Below are positions 1-12,190 of a DNA stretch of 64,000 nt, one piece after another. The position numbers were made by a program, and so were the translations under genes. How positions within the stretch are numbered: position 1 is the stretch's first letter; every line of letters begins with the position of its first letter. The notes under the pieces were generated by a model that was not told the origin of the DNA, did no database searches, and was given only the letters and a program-made list of their open reading frames with translations. Source of the stretch: Callorhinchus milii (taxonomy: Eukaryota); contig NW_024704742.1 in NCBI RefSeq assembly GCF_018977255.1, forward strand, positions 87,050,001 to 87,114,000. Direction: 5' to 3'.

Positions 1-67
1 TTGTTGCTTGAAGTATTCATCTATTGGTATTAAATACATTTAAACTTTGATTTGTGTTCCCAATAAG

Positions 68-162
68 GGCCTATGCAAGCTTGGTTCAGCTGGAGGCACT
101 GACTATGGTTTGAGGCAGTTTTCTGAAGGATCCACAGAAAAGCTTGCAAAACAGTGCAGAAA
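68..162 (+). CDS. UNC45B: UNC-45B internal coding exon ([32 protein letters not shown])
   Basis: Translation matches the recalled vertebrate UNC45B central-domain sequence; acceptor ...caataag|, donor aa|gtaagt; phase joins the next exon. Confidence 0.93.
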
Positions 163-1376
163 GTAAGTACTCCATATCAAGTGCTACTTGCTGCCACATA
201 GTGGCTTCAGTATGATGGATTACTGATTTTTTAAAGCAATTGTAACCCATGATTCCTATGCTAAATTGTTTTGCTCAGCTCCAAGCAGTGCACTTAAGGT
301 GCAAGCTACAAAGCAGTGATTTTGTCACTGACCTCATTCCCCACCCCGACACACACACACAGAAACGCACAGTGATTGCTCCAGGAGGATTGAACTCATC
401 TGTGGCACTTTAAGTGCTGAACAACACAGCATGTGATCAGGTGGTTTGTGCAAGCATTAGAATTCTCAACCTGTGGGGGGGAAAAATCCTTCTGTCACAA
501 ATCTCGCTTTAGGCTTGTTAATGTTCTGTGATAGTGTTTCCTCTCTGTCACCATGGCAAAATGCCAGCATGCCAATGTAATGACCAAGTGAAAATGCATG
601 CAGATTACATTAATTCATATTTATTAGATCATAGAAAATAGTCAGGGCCTCTACTTATTAATAAAGACACATTCTGAGGCTGTGAGACCATTAAGAACCA
701 AGGTGTATCAAAGTGGCGACTAGTATATTAAAAAATAAATAAAAATCCCAGAGTTCTGAATTCATCTCAGCTAATATGATTCTCGTAAGTATGAAAACTA
801 ACTTGCACTCCACAGTTGGGCAACTGATAATTGACTAAAATCCTAGCTGTCATCACAACTACTTCAAATTGGTTGCTGTCTCTAAATTATAAAGTAAAAT
901 CATTACAATGATACTTTTAGAAGCATTATTATAATGTAGATGGAATTCATTTTTATTAGATCATGGAAAATAGTCAGTGTGCAATCTCCTACAAGCAGCC
1001 ATAAAGTGAATAACCAATTTTATCTGGGGGATTGTTGACCAGGACACCGGAAGAAATTCCCTCTTGTTTTTAATAGTGCCATGGGATCCCTCACATCCAC
1101 CTGAACAGGCAGTTAGGTTCTCAGCTTAGTATTTCTTCTTCACTGAAATGTCAGCCTAGGCTGTGAGCTTAATCCCAACATGGGGTTTGAACCCTAGTCC
1201 TTTTGACTCGGGAGCAAGAGTGCTACCAACTGAGCCATCAAATATGAATGGAGTAGAAGTCTAGACATGCATATTACTTGATCTCAATTACTGCATTGCT
1301 TACATTTAAAAGAAAAACCTGTTTGTGAATTACATCCCATGCTTTTGCAATTCATACAATTGAATTTTGTCTACAG

Positions 1377-1518
1377 GTGGCTGTGCAATCCGAACATTGA
1401 CAATACCACCAGAAAGTGGGCTGTTGAAGGGATGGCCTACCTGACTCTCGATGCAGACGTGAAGGACGATTTTGTCACGGATGAAGCATCAATGCAGGCG
1501 ATGTTTGATTTATCAAAG
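1377..1518 (+). CDS. UNC45B: UNC-45B exon ([47 protein letters not shown])
   Basis: WAVEG(L/M)[10 protein letters not shown] motif; ctacag| acceptor, aag|gtgaaa donor; 142 bp, phase consistent. Confidence 0.95.
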
Positions 1519-1649
1519 GTGAAAATTCATTATCATCTTCAATTGACTGTCAATAGAGATGAATCTAATGTTCAACAATATCTTCCTATACAATTAGGAA
1601 ACTCCCAGAGCAATTTTCGGACAGATTCAAGACAGCCACCAGTAACTTA

Positions 1650-2683
1650 GTTAGTTGTGACCACATAGTGTTAGTGGCCATAGTTGTTGATTACTTTTCA
1701 GTGATGCCTGGTGAGATAGTGGGTTAAAATTACCATTGATGATTATCACATCACAAGTTCCAGTTTCATCCCAATGGTTCTTAATGGAAGGATGTTATTT
1801 TTTGAGCGCAAGATAATTGGAAGAAAAGTGTCATGTGAATGGACTGAAAGGTCTGCTTCAATGTTCGGACTCTCTCTTTCTGAGTCCAACAACTGCGTTC
1901 ACAACTTGTCGAAGTATCCATTGTACCATTCAAGTAGATATGGGTTCATTTTATCTTTCTACTAGCTCTATCCGTTGCAGCTACGCTTGTAACCAAAGGA
2001 TCCAATATGGAATGTAGATTGACACAGACAGACACACAGACAGACATTTCATCTTTATCTATACTCATCTGGGAGGACTCCTGTGGGAGGACACATTTTG
2101 ACCATGCTGTTCTTTGAGTGGGCAACTCATTTTGGCACACTGGTGCAGTCCTTTCAGCATTGAAGTGCAGCCGCGTTATTCTTTGATCTTCAGTTTCATT
2201 TAATGGGCCTTCTCTGTTTTGTCTAACATTCTTACTTATCCTTGAAAGGTTTGATATTCACTCAGGCATCTTTATAATGATAAATATAGATGTATAATTT
2301 ACAATCATTAGGACGTCCTCCCGACCTGAAAGGCTCTTTAAAAATGTAATTCTGTTTTTGTTGCCGTGGCTTAGCTTCATCTGGGTTCTTTATTTTGTTC
2401 CTGCCGCCGCTTGACTATGTGCGTGCTCTGTGACGTATGATGCCACAGCACTGCTTTGACTCGGCGGCAACCAGGTGTAACTGCAGCACAAAACTGAAAT
2501 AAAATTTTGGGTCACAACTCATGAAAGATAGGATACCCGAACAAATATGCCCATGTCACTCCTAGGTGCAAGACCTTCCCGATGAGGTCTAGATCATGTC
2601 TCTATGTCAATCAGTTATTGAGATCCTTCTCGAAGCTCACACAGACAGACATTGTCATTTTATTAGTATAGAAGATAGATAGA
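1650..2683 (-). mobile_element. Probable non-autonomous Helitron with RepHel N-terminal remnant and a nested short copy (about 1962-2060)
   Basis: 5' end A|TCTATCTATCTTCTATACTAATAAAATG followed by (CTGT)n; decayed ORF MPE*ISNLSRISKNVRQNRE..NETEDQRITRL from 2269; CTAG|T end with upstream imperfect palindrome at 1961-1985; outer 3' boundary uncertain. Confidence 0.6.
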
Positions 2684-2761
2684 TGGAAGATTATTAGAAT
2701 AATCAATAATTTAGACATTTCATTATTTCTGTCATTGTGGGAATTAGCTTTGTTCTATACA

Positions 2762-3230
2762 ATCCCATCCTTGCCCAACTCCACTGGCTTCCCATCACAC
2801 AGAGGATACAGTTCAAGATCCTGTTCCTCACCTTCAAAGCCCTCCACGGTCTTGCTCCCCACTACCTCTCCGACATCCTAACCCCCTACCACCCTGTTCG
2901 CTCCTTCCGCTCAGCGAGCTCCAGCCTGCTTCACAGCCCCCGCCTTCCTCGCCCCACTATCGGCGGACGGGCCTTCCGCCACTCTGCACCCAGCCTCTGG
3001 AACTCCATCCCGCAGTCCCTCCATCTCGCCCCCTCCCTCACCACCTTCAAGACCCACCTCAAGACTCTCCTCTTCGACCATGCTTTCGAACTCCCTGCTT
3101 TCCCACCCCCCCACCGTCCCCGCTTCTCCACCCCGACTCTCAGCTCGGGTCCATAACTTTGTTGTCCAGCGCCCTGGGACGTCCTCCCTATGTGAAAGGC
3201 GTTACATAAATGTCATTTTGTTGTTGTTGT
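2762..3230 (+). mobile_element. L2 3' fragment
   Basis: LHWLPITQRIQFK...LWNSIP...FKTHLKT C-terminal motif, stem-loop and (TTG)n tail. Confidence 0.88.
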
Positions 3231-3570
3231 ACAATAGAATACAATATTTTGTAAAGTTTTCTTGTGTTGGCATCAGTGAAGTCATATGGGAGTGTCTGAA
3301 GTCTGCAAATAGTCAGTACAGTACTGTACAGTGCCTAGTTGTCAGCTGGTTTCTGGGTTCTGCTTCCAAGTCAGAAGGTTGAAAATTCAAGTCCCACGTC
3401 AGACTTGTGCTCAGAGTCTTGGCTGTTACTCCAGTGCAGTAATGGGAGAGTGCTTGATCATTTTAAAAATTAAATGCACACATCACACCCAAGTCAAACT
3501 GTGCAACTCTCAAACATGAATACGGCTTACACTATTTTGCTTGTGTTTGTTCTCTCTCTCTCTCTGACAG

Positions 3571-3711
3571 ACTGCTGACAAGACTATCCTTTATTCTGTG
3601 GCCTCTATCCTGGTGAACTGCACAAACAGCTATGACATAAAGGAAAAAATACCAGAGCTGGTTCAGCTGGCAAAATTAACCAAACAGCATGTGCCTGAAG
3701 ACCATCCGAAG
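3571..3711 (+). CDS. UNC45B: UNC-45B exon ([47 protein letters not shown])
   Basis: UCS-domain LVNCTNSYD and KQHVPE motifs; (tc)n tract with gacag| acceptor, aag|gtagtc donor; 141 bp. Confidence 0.95.
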
Positions 3712-4038
3712 GTAGTCATTTAATTCATGGCTATTTGTGGGGCATTCCCATGAACAAATGTGCTTCTGTGTTTGCCAACAAAATACACAGTCATTACATG
3801 TTACAGTGAATCCTGTAGGCTTATATGAACACATACAACACCTTTCGGTATGTAGGGGATTGGCATTATAATTTAGATTGATATAGTGCCTATTGCTCCA
3901 GGAGGACGTCTGAAAGTATTTAAATACACTTCAACATTTCAATTAAGAAAAAAATTTGCAGTCATATTAATTACAATATCAATTTTGTTCATCATGGAAT
4001 AATTTTAAATACAAACCAATTGTCTGTTGCATTTACAG

Positions 4039-4166
4039 GACAAAAAGGACTTTGTGATGAAACGTGTGCAGCGGCTGATCAAAGCTGGTGTCGTCTCAGC
4101 ATTAGCAGTCATGCTGAAAGCTGACAGCGCTATTCTTACTGATGAAACCAAAGAACTCATGGCAAG
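4039..4166 (+). CDS. UNC45B: UNC-45B exon (DKKDFVMKRVQRLIKAGVVSALAVMLKADSAILTDETKELMAR)
   Basis: Matches the UNC45B KADSAILTD motif; ttacag| acceptor, ag|gtacaa donor; 128 bp. Confidence 0.95.
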
Positions 4167-4510
4167 GTACAAGGTTCCTTACTGTTTGCTTAGCCCCGTA
4201 CAGGGGAGGTCATGAAGAATTAGATCCTCAAACAAGTTGCTAAACAGGTTACCCCTGGCATTCATTGTCCATGTCACATTCTTTCATCCACTCCCTCCCT
4301 GAAGTTCCTCTCGTCTTAAGATTTCAGTTCTTCAGGAAGAGACAACCTGTTATCACATCAGCATTTTGCTGTGTGCAAATTGTCTCCTACACATACACAG
4401 TCACTACACTTGATAGAACCTTTGTGAATCAAGAGATTCAGATGTTCTTGACGTCATAGGTTCTGTATCAAATGGAAAGAGTGTTGTCACCAAATCTGCA
4501 CCAAGACAAT

Positions 4511-4748
4511 ACTCGCTTTGCAAGCGAGAGACCCGAGTTCAATTCCAGGCAGGGCGAAATCTTGGGCAAGTTTCCTTACTCCACACACCTAATAATAATC
4601 CCTCCAAAACCAAAAACAATAATAAATTGGTCATTTTCAATCGACAACTGTTTGTGGGACATTGCTGTGCGCAATTGGCTGCCGCGTTCGCCCACAAAAA
4701 AAATACGCGTTCGCCCACACAAAAAAAATGCAAGGATTATTATTATTA
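4511..4748 (+). mobile_element. tRNA-derived SINE, short subfamily, rearranged
   Basis: Partial head; internal duplication of cgcgttcgcccaca with loss of the 3' stem-loop. Confidence 0.85.
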
Positions 4749-4996
4749 CATTGGGATCGTATCAACAACAACAAGATTACATTTGTATAGCGCCTTTCAC
4801 GTCGGGAGGACGTCCCAAGGCTCTGGACAAAGTTCAGCATTTCAGACCCGAGCTGTTTAATATCTTAAATATTATATTAAGGGTTTAATATCTTAAATAT
4901 GATATTTACAAAACAAATCTGTTGTGTTTGTGAAAACAGTATCAGTTTTGAAACTTGTAGTTACATTCGTGAACAGTGAATCCCAAGGAGTCAAAG

Positions 4997-5405
4997 ATAA
5001 GAACATAAGAACACATGATAAGAACATAAGAATTAGGAGCAGGAGTAGCCCAATCGGCCCCTCGAGCCTGCCCCGCCATTCGATAAGATCATGGCTGATC
5101 TTCAGACCTAACTCTAATTACCTGCCCTATCCCCATATCCCCTATTCCCTCTATTTTTTAAAAATCTATCAGTCTCAACCTTGAAGATGTTCAAGGACTG
5201 AGCATCTACAGCCTTCTGGGGTAGTGAATTCCATAAATTCCATAAATTCACTATCCTCTGAGTGAAGAAATGTTTCCTCAACTCTGTTCCAAAAGGCTGA
5301 CCCTTAATTTTAAGACTGTGAGCCCTGGTTATAGATTCTCCTACCGGGGAAACAGCCCCTCAGTGTCTACTTTATCCAGCCCTTTAAGAATCTTATATGT
5401 TTCAA
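4997..5405 (-). mobile_element. CR1-type LINE 3' end (second family)
   Basis: (aagaacat)n tail and ...ggctcgaggggccgattgggctactcctgctcctaattcttatg terminus typical of shark CR1 3' UTRs. Confidence 0.75.
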
Positions 5406-5755
5406 TGCATCACAGGTTTCTTACTTTCTCAGCTTGTATAATAAATATAATCTTGACATTTGATATTGCACCTTTAATGTTGAAATATCTCAAAGATCTT
5501 TACAGTAGTTCCTGTTAAGTGTAGTGATGATATTTGTATTCTGATGCTTGTGATTGGAATTGAGACCTCACCTTCATGAAAACCTGAAATGTATGAGTTC
5601 TAAACAGAACCCAAATACTTATGATTCCATACGTTCCACTTGTGTGGTAAGATGCATATAAGTTGATTCAGATTTTAGAAGTGCAGTAGAGCTATTCGTA
5701 TGCTGTTGCACATCCACATGCAATTTCACCTTTGAGTCAGAAAGTTGTGGGTTCA

Positions 5756-6114
5756 ATAATAATGATAATCCTTGCATTTGATATAGCACCTTATCATGTC
5801 TTCAAGACGTCTCAAAGCGCTTCACAGAATATACTGTAAAGTGAATTGACTACATTATGTGCGCAAAATGTGGCAGACAATTGCGCACAGCAGTGTCCCA
5901 CAAACAGTGACCAATTTATTATTTTTTTTAAGGAATGATTACTCCCGGAAAAGCAATCCACCAATTGACTAACAACCGGGTTTCTACTTCCTGCTAGGTA
6001 AACAGAGGCGTTTGGAGTAAGAAAACTTGCCCAACGTTTCACCCTACCAGGAATCGAACCCAAGTCTTTTGCTTGCGAGACGAGTGCTCTAACTACTAAG
6101 CTACAGGACTCCAC
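5756..6114 (-). mobile_element. tRNA-derived SINE, long subfamily
   Basis: Same head plus an extra segment ctctgtttacctagcag...gttgttagtc. Confidence 0.88.
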
Positions 6115-6444
6115 AAAATTGACCCCTTATTTTCCACAATTTTATTCAGCCCTATGTCGAGACTTTGCACAGGCTGTCATTACAATGCAATGTATTGTCA
6201 AAAGTGCTGCTCTTCAGATGAGACTTTAAACTGAGCTCCTGCCTGCCTTTTAAGGCAGTGTTAAAGATCTCATGGCACTTTTCAGAAAGAGAAAGGAGTT
6301 TCTCTCAGTGTCCTGGCAAACAGTCCCCTGGATAAAAATTGGTCACTCACTTCATGGCTGTTTGTATGACTTTGTGCAAATTGTCTGTCGTGTTCGCCTA
6401 CAAATTAAAATAATACTGTATCTCCTTGTGTTCTGGCTCTGTAG

Positions 6445-6511
6445 AGTATTCCTTGCCTTGGCTGAGGACGTTCGAGATCGTGGCACAATCGTGGCTCAGG
6501 GCGGTGGAAAG
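6445..6511 (+). CDS. UNC45B: UNC-45B exon (VFLALAEDVRDRGTIVAQGGGK)
   Basis: RGTIVAQGGGK motif; ctgtag| acceptor, aag|gtaagg donor; 67 bp. Confidence 0.95.
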
Positions 6512-7573
6512 GTAAGGGTCCGTTTTGTTGGAGTAAATGTTGTATCGTTCCAGTATGTCAAGCAATAGGACACGGATTGGGGCAGGCAATCTTCCCACTC
6601 GGCTCATGTTAACCCTGGAAACCCAATCCCTAAAGGATTAGCGTGGTCCTAGCTGGACAAGTAAGTTTGCCAGATAAAGCAATAGGAAATGTAAAAGCTG
6701 CTGCATTATACAAATACATTGTAAAATCGAATGTGTACATTGTCAGTTCAATTATTTTAAACTGGAATTGTAATATGGGTAATATGGAAATGGCTATTAA
6801 AAATTAATGGGTGAGAAACACAACATTTCATAACAACAACAACTTGCACTTACATAGTGCCTGCCACACAGGGTAGCATCTCAGAGTGCTTTAACAGTGG
6901 CGGAGCCTGACTCCGAGCCGGTGTGAAGGGAGAGATAGCAAAGAGATATTCATCACACCAAATCCATTTTGAAATATTATAGCTCATTTAAGGCCCCAAA
7001 TTCCACATAGTCTTAGCCTGAGATTGCACACAATTGTATGGAAAATTCTTAAATTCAGCCTTGATTTGGAAGCTGTTGTTCCATAATTCTTAAAAATAAA
7101 CAGGTTTCCAAATTAAAACAATGCAACATTTATGTTCTGTTATTGAAAGGAAATTGTAACAGGCAGATCTCCGTTAATGTAACACAGAATTACTGCCAGA
7201 GCCAGTATTCTCTTAGTGAAGAGCATGTCTCCCTTTGGTTGTCATGGAAAGCAATGCCAGGGTCCAGGTAAAGAAGGAAGGATGGGGAATAGAAAGTGTA
7301 ACAAGAGCAGGATGAAAAAATGAAAAGATTTAGAAAGAGCGGATGAATCTGCATGCTGTAAATACAATACCGACTTGTTTACAATTAGTCATTTGCTTCA
7401 TTTGATGTGCTCAAATTGGTTGCCGTGTTTGCCCACAAAATACAGTCACTCCACTTCACAGTGTATCCAGTGAAGCCTTTTAAGACACCTCAATGACGTG
7501 ATGAGGCGTTGTTCCAAAGGGAATGGATTATTATTTGTTATTATTTGTTCACACTCTGTCTTCTCTTATTCAG

Positions 7574-7687
7574 ACTCTATTGCCTCTTGCTCTACAAGGT
7601 ACGGATGTTGGTAAAATCAAAGCTTCCCATGCACTTGCAAAGATTGCTGCCACATCCAATCCAGACATTGCTTTTCCTGGTGAGAGG
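7574..7687 (+). CDS. UNC45B: UNC-45B exon ([38 protein letters not shown])
   Basis: [11 protein letters not shown] motif; attcag| acceptor, agg|gtaagt donor; 114 bp. Confidence 0.95.
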
Positions 7688-8381
7688 GTAAGTGAAAGGC
7701 AACTTATGGTAACTGGACAAAGAATTTATGAGGGATTCATGGGCAATAGCCAGGGATGAATACTCTAACCTGCACTAGTTCAGATTCTGTCAGTCTGGCT
7801 CAGTGATAGCTTGCAGACCCAGCATGTGTGTTAGGTTATTGCTGGAGTCTAACCATCTAAACCCTATAGTTTGCTACTGAAAGCATTTCTTGCAATCTTT
7901 CCCCTGTGTGTTCAGCTAGGACCACACTACTAATTGGAGTTTGGGCTTACACGTTAATAGAACCCAAATGGGAAGCTCCCAATGAAGGGTCTGCTCTCCA
8001 AGTCCAGTCAATGAGCCAGACTGGCTGGTCTGACATGAACAGTGCCCTGGAGTTCTGCAGACCTGCCCAACTCAGGAACAGTATTACCGAGACCATCACT
8101 CCGTTGACTTGATTCTGATTGCCATTCAGCTCAGCTCTGAGGAGATGCCTTCCCCCTCCCCAAGGAGGAAAGTCACTAGTTGGTCAATCTTGGTTGGTCC
8201 TCTTCAGAACAAATCTTGCATCTTGCAAACCTTGCCTGCCCTCTCCTGTTCTCTTCTCCCCCCTCCCCCTCTCCTCCCCCACCATTACAAGCATTTAAGG
8301 TGTGATAAAATAAGGGAATTTAAAATATTACTTTACTACTGTGCATAGATTTAACGTCACAGTGTTTCAACTGTTTTTCAG

Positions 8382-8497
8382 ATCTATGAGGTGGTGAGGC
8401 CTCTTGTCACTCTGTTGAACATGGACCGAGATGGTCTGCAGAATTATGAAGCACTAATGGGGCTCACAAACCTGGCTGGAAAAACTGATAAACTAAG
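8382..8497 (+). CDS. UNC45B: UNC-45B exon ([39 protein letters not shown]) ending at a GC donor
   Basis: YEVVRPL and LQNYEAL.GLTNL motifs; tttcag| acceptor; the only nearby frame-preserving donor is AG|GCAAGT. Confidence 0.92.
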
Positions 8498-8767
8498 GCA
8501 AGTTCAGGTTTCTGACATTATTATATTATTATTTTTTACACTTTTATTATCTTATTAGTTTGATATTATTATTGTTTGCATTAAATTATTTATGACATTA
8601 TTACAAATATAGGAACAGGAGTAGGCTGTTCAGCCTTTCGAGCCGGTTCCACCATTTAATTAGATCATGGCTGATCTGTACCTCAACCAATCCTTTCAAT
8701 TCCAATTTCCCACTTTCTCTCCATATCCTACATTATTATTATATTTTTATCATTATTTTTGACATTA

Positions 8768-9140
8768 CAGTAACGTCGAGGACATACTTCCAAAGAAAAT
8801 ATCAAAATAATCTCAGAGTTAAAGATATGATGAACTCCTGATAACTCGTCACTCCAAGGAAAAGGGGCTTAGTGCTGAGTTAGCAGCAGTGGTGAGTTAG
8901 GCATATATGTAAGTACATAAATAAATGCAGCCAGACAACATTAATATTGACAACATTAATATTAATATTTTAACATTTCACCCACAAAATAGTCAACCCA
9001 CTTTGCAGTATATCCTGTGAAGCGCTTTGAGATGTCTCAACAATGTGATGAGGCGCTATATCAAATGCAAGGATTATTAACACGATGACTTAAGTGGTAG
9101 AGACACGTTAAGCCGGGGTCGAGTTATCAGGAGTTTACTG
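8768..9140. mobile_element. Tigger/pogo-type MITE, interrupted by a SINE fragment
   Basis: Inverted repeats aactcctgataactcg (8833) and cgagttatcaggagtttactg|TA (9140); body shared with the copy at 12036; left end possibly split. Confidence 0.65.
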
Positions 9141-9574
9141 TATATTACTATTGACATTATTACAGTATTTATGATATAGCTATTACTTTTGACATATTTT
9201 TATTATCATTGTTATTCTTGTTATTACACTTTTGTTTTGAGTTACACAGGATTAGTGGCAGAGTGGTATCTGTAGAGTCATACCCAGCATGGGTTTGTGC
9301 CTTCAGGAACAAAAGTGACATAAACCTATTTTTTAAAATTTTAAGTTTAAAATGCTGGACAGGCTAATAGCCCATGGGCTAAACATGTTGAAATGGACAC
9401 GTGTGCCTTAATTGTGTAATTATTCACCAAGAAAAGGATCACAGTTCATTCTGTAAACCTTTTCATTGGTTAATTACAGTTGTCTGAACTGATGCAGTGT
9501 ACCGACAGTATTTCAGACAGTTATTTTTAAATTGTTTGGATACACAAAGTTTTATCCTTGATAATTAACCACTA

Positions 9575-10135
9575 TCTCAGCTGGTAGCACTCTCGCCTCT
9601 GTGTCACTAGATATAGGTTCAAGCTCCACATTGGGACTTTGAGCTCACTATCTACGCTGACATTCCAGTGCAGTGCATGTGCCACTGTAGATAATTATTT
9701 GGGGAGGACAAGTTTGCAGGGCTATGGGGAGAGAGCAGGGGAGTGGTATTGATTTGGATAGCTCTTTTAAAAGAGCCAGCACAGACACGATGGGCCGAAT
9801 GGCCTCCTTTTGTGTGCTCTATAATTCTATGATTCTAGTGCTTGGGGAGTGCTTCAATGTTAGAGGTGCCGTCCTTCAGATGAGACATTAAACCGAAGTC
9901 CCGTCTGCCTGTTCAAGTGGATGTTAAAGATCCCATGGCATTATTCAGAAGGAGAAGGAAGTTTTTCCTGTTGTCCTGACCAACAATTTTCCTGATACTT
10001 CATGGCTCTTTGTGGGTCACTGCTATCTGCAACTTAGCTGCAGCATCCATCTGGAAATCATTACACTTTACACAAAATCTCTGTGAATCACTTTATCATG
10101 ATCAGGCACTATATCAGATATAGGGGTTATTATTA
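9575..10135 (+). mobile_element. Deu-domain SINE with a CR1 3' end inserted (about 9680-9836)
   Basis: tRNA head ctcagctggtagcactctcgcctctg; Deu core gatgagacattaaaccgaagtcccgtctgcctgttcaagtggatgttaaagatcccatggca. Confidence 0.8.
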
Positions 10136-10589
10136 TAACCTTTTAATAATTTCATCTGGATGCTTTTCCTGCTCAATTATGCCGCAATACTGAACCCGCA
10201 TTGCCAGAACCCCACCCAACTCCCACCTGCTACATAATATATTTAAACCACTGAACAATGAGAGACCTTTATAGTTTTCAAACTCCGCACATCTTTTCTT
10301 TCATGCAACAGCTGCTAAAGTCAGTTTGGTCATCATGCAACCATTCCTCGGGAGAAGGGAGTTTCTCCCCGGTTCCCTGGCCAACAATCCCCGAAATAAA
10401 ACCCCATGGCTGTTTGTGGAGCTTTCCTCTGCACAATTGGGCTGCCCAGTTCGCCTACAAATACACAGTTACTACACATCACAGTGAATTCTGTGAAGTG
10501 CTTTGAAACATCCTTCTGATGTGAAAGGCGCTATACCAAATGCAAGTATTATTGTTACTGTAGATTTCAGTGGAGTAAGAGAAACATGC

Positions 10590-10830
10590 AACAGCAACAA
10601 CTTGCATTTATATAGCACCCCTCACGTAGGGTGGCATCCCAGAGTGCTTGACAGTGGAAGAGCATGACGCCAAGCCAGGTGGAGGGAGGAGATAACGGAG
10701 CCAAGGGGAGGCATGATCAAAGAGGAAGGTCTTCATGTGTGACTTGAAGATGGGGAAGAAAGGGACAAGGTAGAGGAAAGAGTGTTCCAGAGTTTTGGTA
10801 CACAGTGGCTGAAAGTGCAGCCACCGATCG
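10590..10830 (-). mobile_element. L2 3' fragment (diverged)
   Basis: FKSHMKTFLFDHA motif and tail aaatgcaagttgttg. Confidence 0.75.
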
Positions 10831-11318
10831 TGGAATGGGAAGTACATACACACTGGTTGGTGCAGAAAGTTCAGACACACTGGTTTTAAATTTGCAGCGG
10901 TCACCAACATTTCGGATTCGGATACTAAGTTGTCCTGCATTGTGCAGCTTTGACATATCAATGTGTCCCCAGAGACAATGACAGCTGCACTCTAAAAGAG
11001 CCGAGGCCTGGGACAGCTGATCAGATAATCATTTCAAGTCTGGATGAAATGTAGCAGGGAGAAACCAATAAATTAGTCAAAGAAATGTTTCCTGAGGAAT
11101 TACGTGCCTTTGAAATGTTTTTTGTTTGTACGTCATGCAATTGTGAAGAAAAGGAGGCAATGATAAATTACACGAGCAGCTGAGTGCTCCACAGGTTAGG
11201 AACCAACTCTAAATAATTAGAAACACAAAAATAATCAATTGACACACAAACAATATCGGTCGCTTTGCCTCTTACATAAATTATATTTCCTGCTGTCTTT
11301 TTTTACCCACGTGTGTAG

Positions 11319-11436
11319 GCAAAAGATAATTAAGGAAAATGCTATGCCAGATATTGAAAACTACATGTTTGAGGATCATGATCAAATCCGACTCGCAGCT
11401 ACTGAATGTATGTGCAATATGGTCATCTGCAAAGAA
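11319..11436 (+). CDS. UNC45B: UNC-45B exon ([39 protein letters not shown])
   Basis: PDIENYMFE and AATECMCNM motifs; gtgtag| acceptor, gaa|gtaagt donor; 118 bp. Confidence 0.95.
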
Positions 11437-12035
11437 GTAAGTATGGCTGAAATTGGCAGAGGAATGTAATGTACAGCAATGTTGCCCACTTTACAATGTA
11501 TCCTCCCAATGTGAAAAGCGCTATACCAAATGTAAGGATTATTATTAATTTATCATCAAAGGCTTTGTCAAACTTAAAGGTAGATCATTTTTATTTAGAT
11601 TTCTAATGGTTTCAGAAATGGGAATAAACTAGATGGCAGAGGTGCTTTACTGGAAAATCTTTGCCTTAGAAAATGCCTTATTGAATTTGTTCTGTGTATT
11701 ATGGAGGACATTGGATGACGTCTACATGGAAACAAGTGTTATGTCAACTAAACTGCAGACAAAATATGGCTAGGTTTAATATCTGGTAAACGTTTGCCGA
11801 ATTACCAGAAACCTGCTTGAATTGCTTTGTTTCTCATAACCTACATGGTACAGAATCTGTTCCTGTCAGAATCACTCTACCAGTTATGAGTTTTATTTGA
11901 TTTTCATGGTTTTTGGCTTGCAAATTTGCTTTGGATTAGTGCCGACTCATCTGGCATCAGAGGCATTGTCTCTCGAGTCAATTCACACCCAAGGAAAGTC
12001 AGTGCAATATCAAAGTAATCTAGGTGTTGAATATA

Positions 12036-12190
12036 CAGTAAACTCCTGATAATTAGTCACTCCCAGGAAAAAGATGAGTCATCCAGAATGGCAAGAAAGT
12101 CATATGTATACATAAATAAATGCAATCAGAATACTAACAGTATGATGACTTAAGTGGTTAAAACAGGATCGAGTTATCAGGAGTTTATTG
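12036..12190. mobile_element. Tigger/pogo-type MITE (about 155 bp)
   Basis: TA|CAGTAAACTCCTGATAA ... TTATCAGGAGTTTATTG terminal inverted repeats; CAGT terminus and TA target typical of Tc1/mariner/pogo. Confidence 0.7.
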
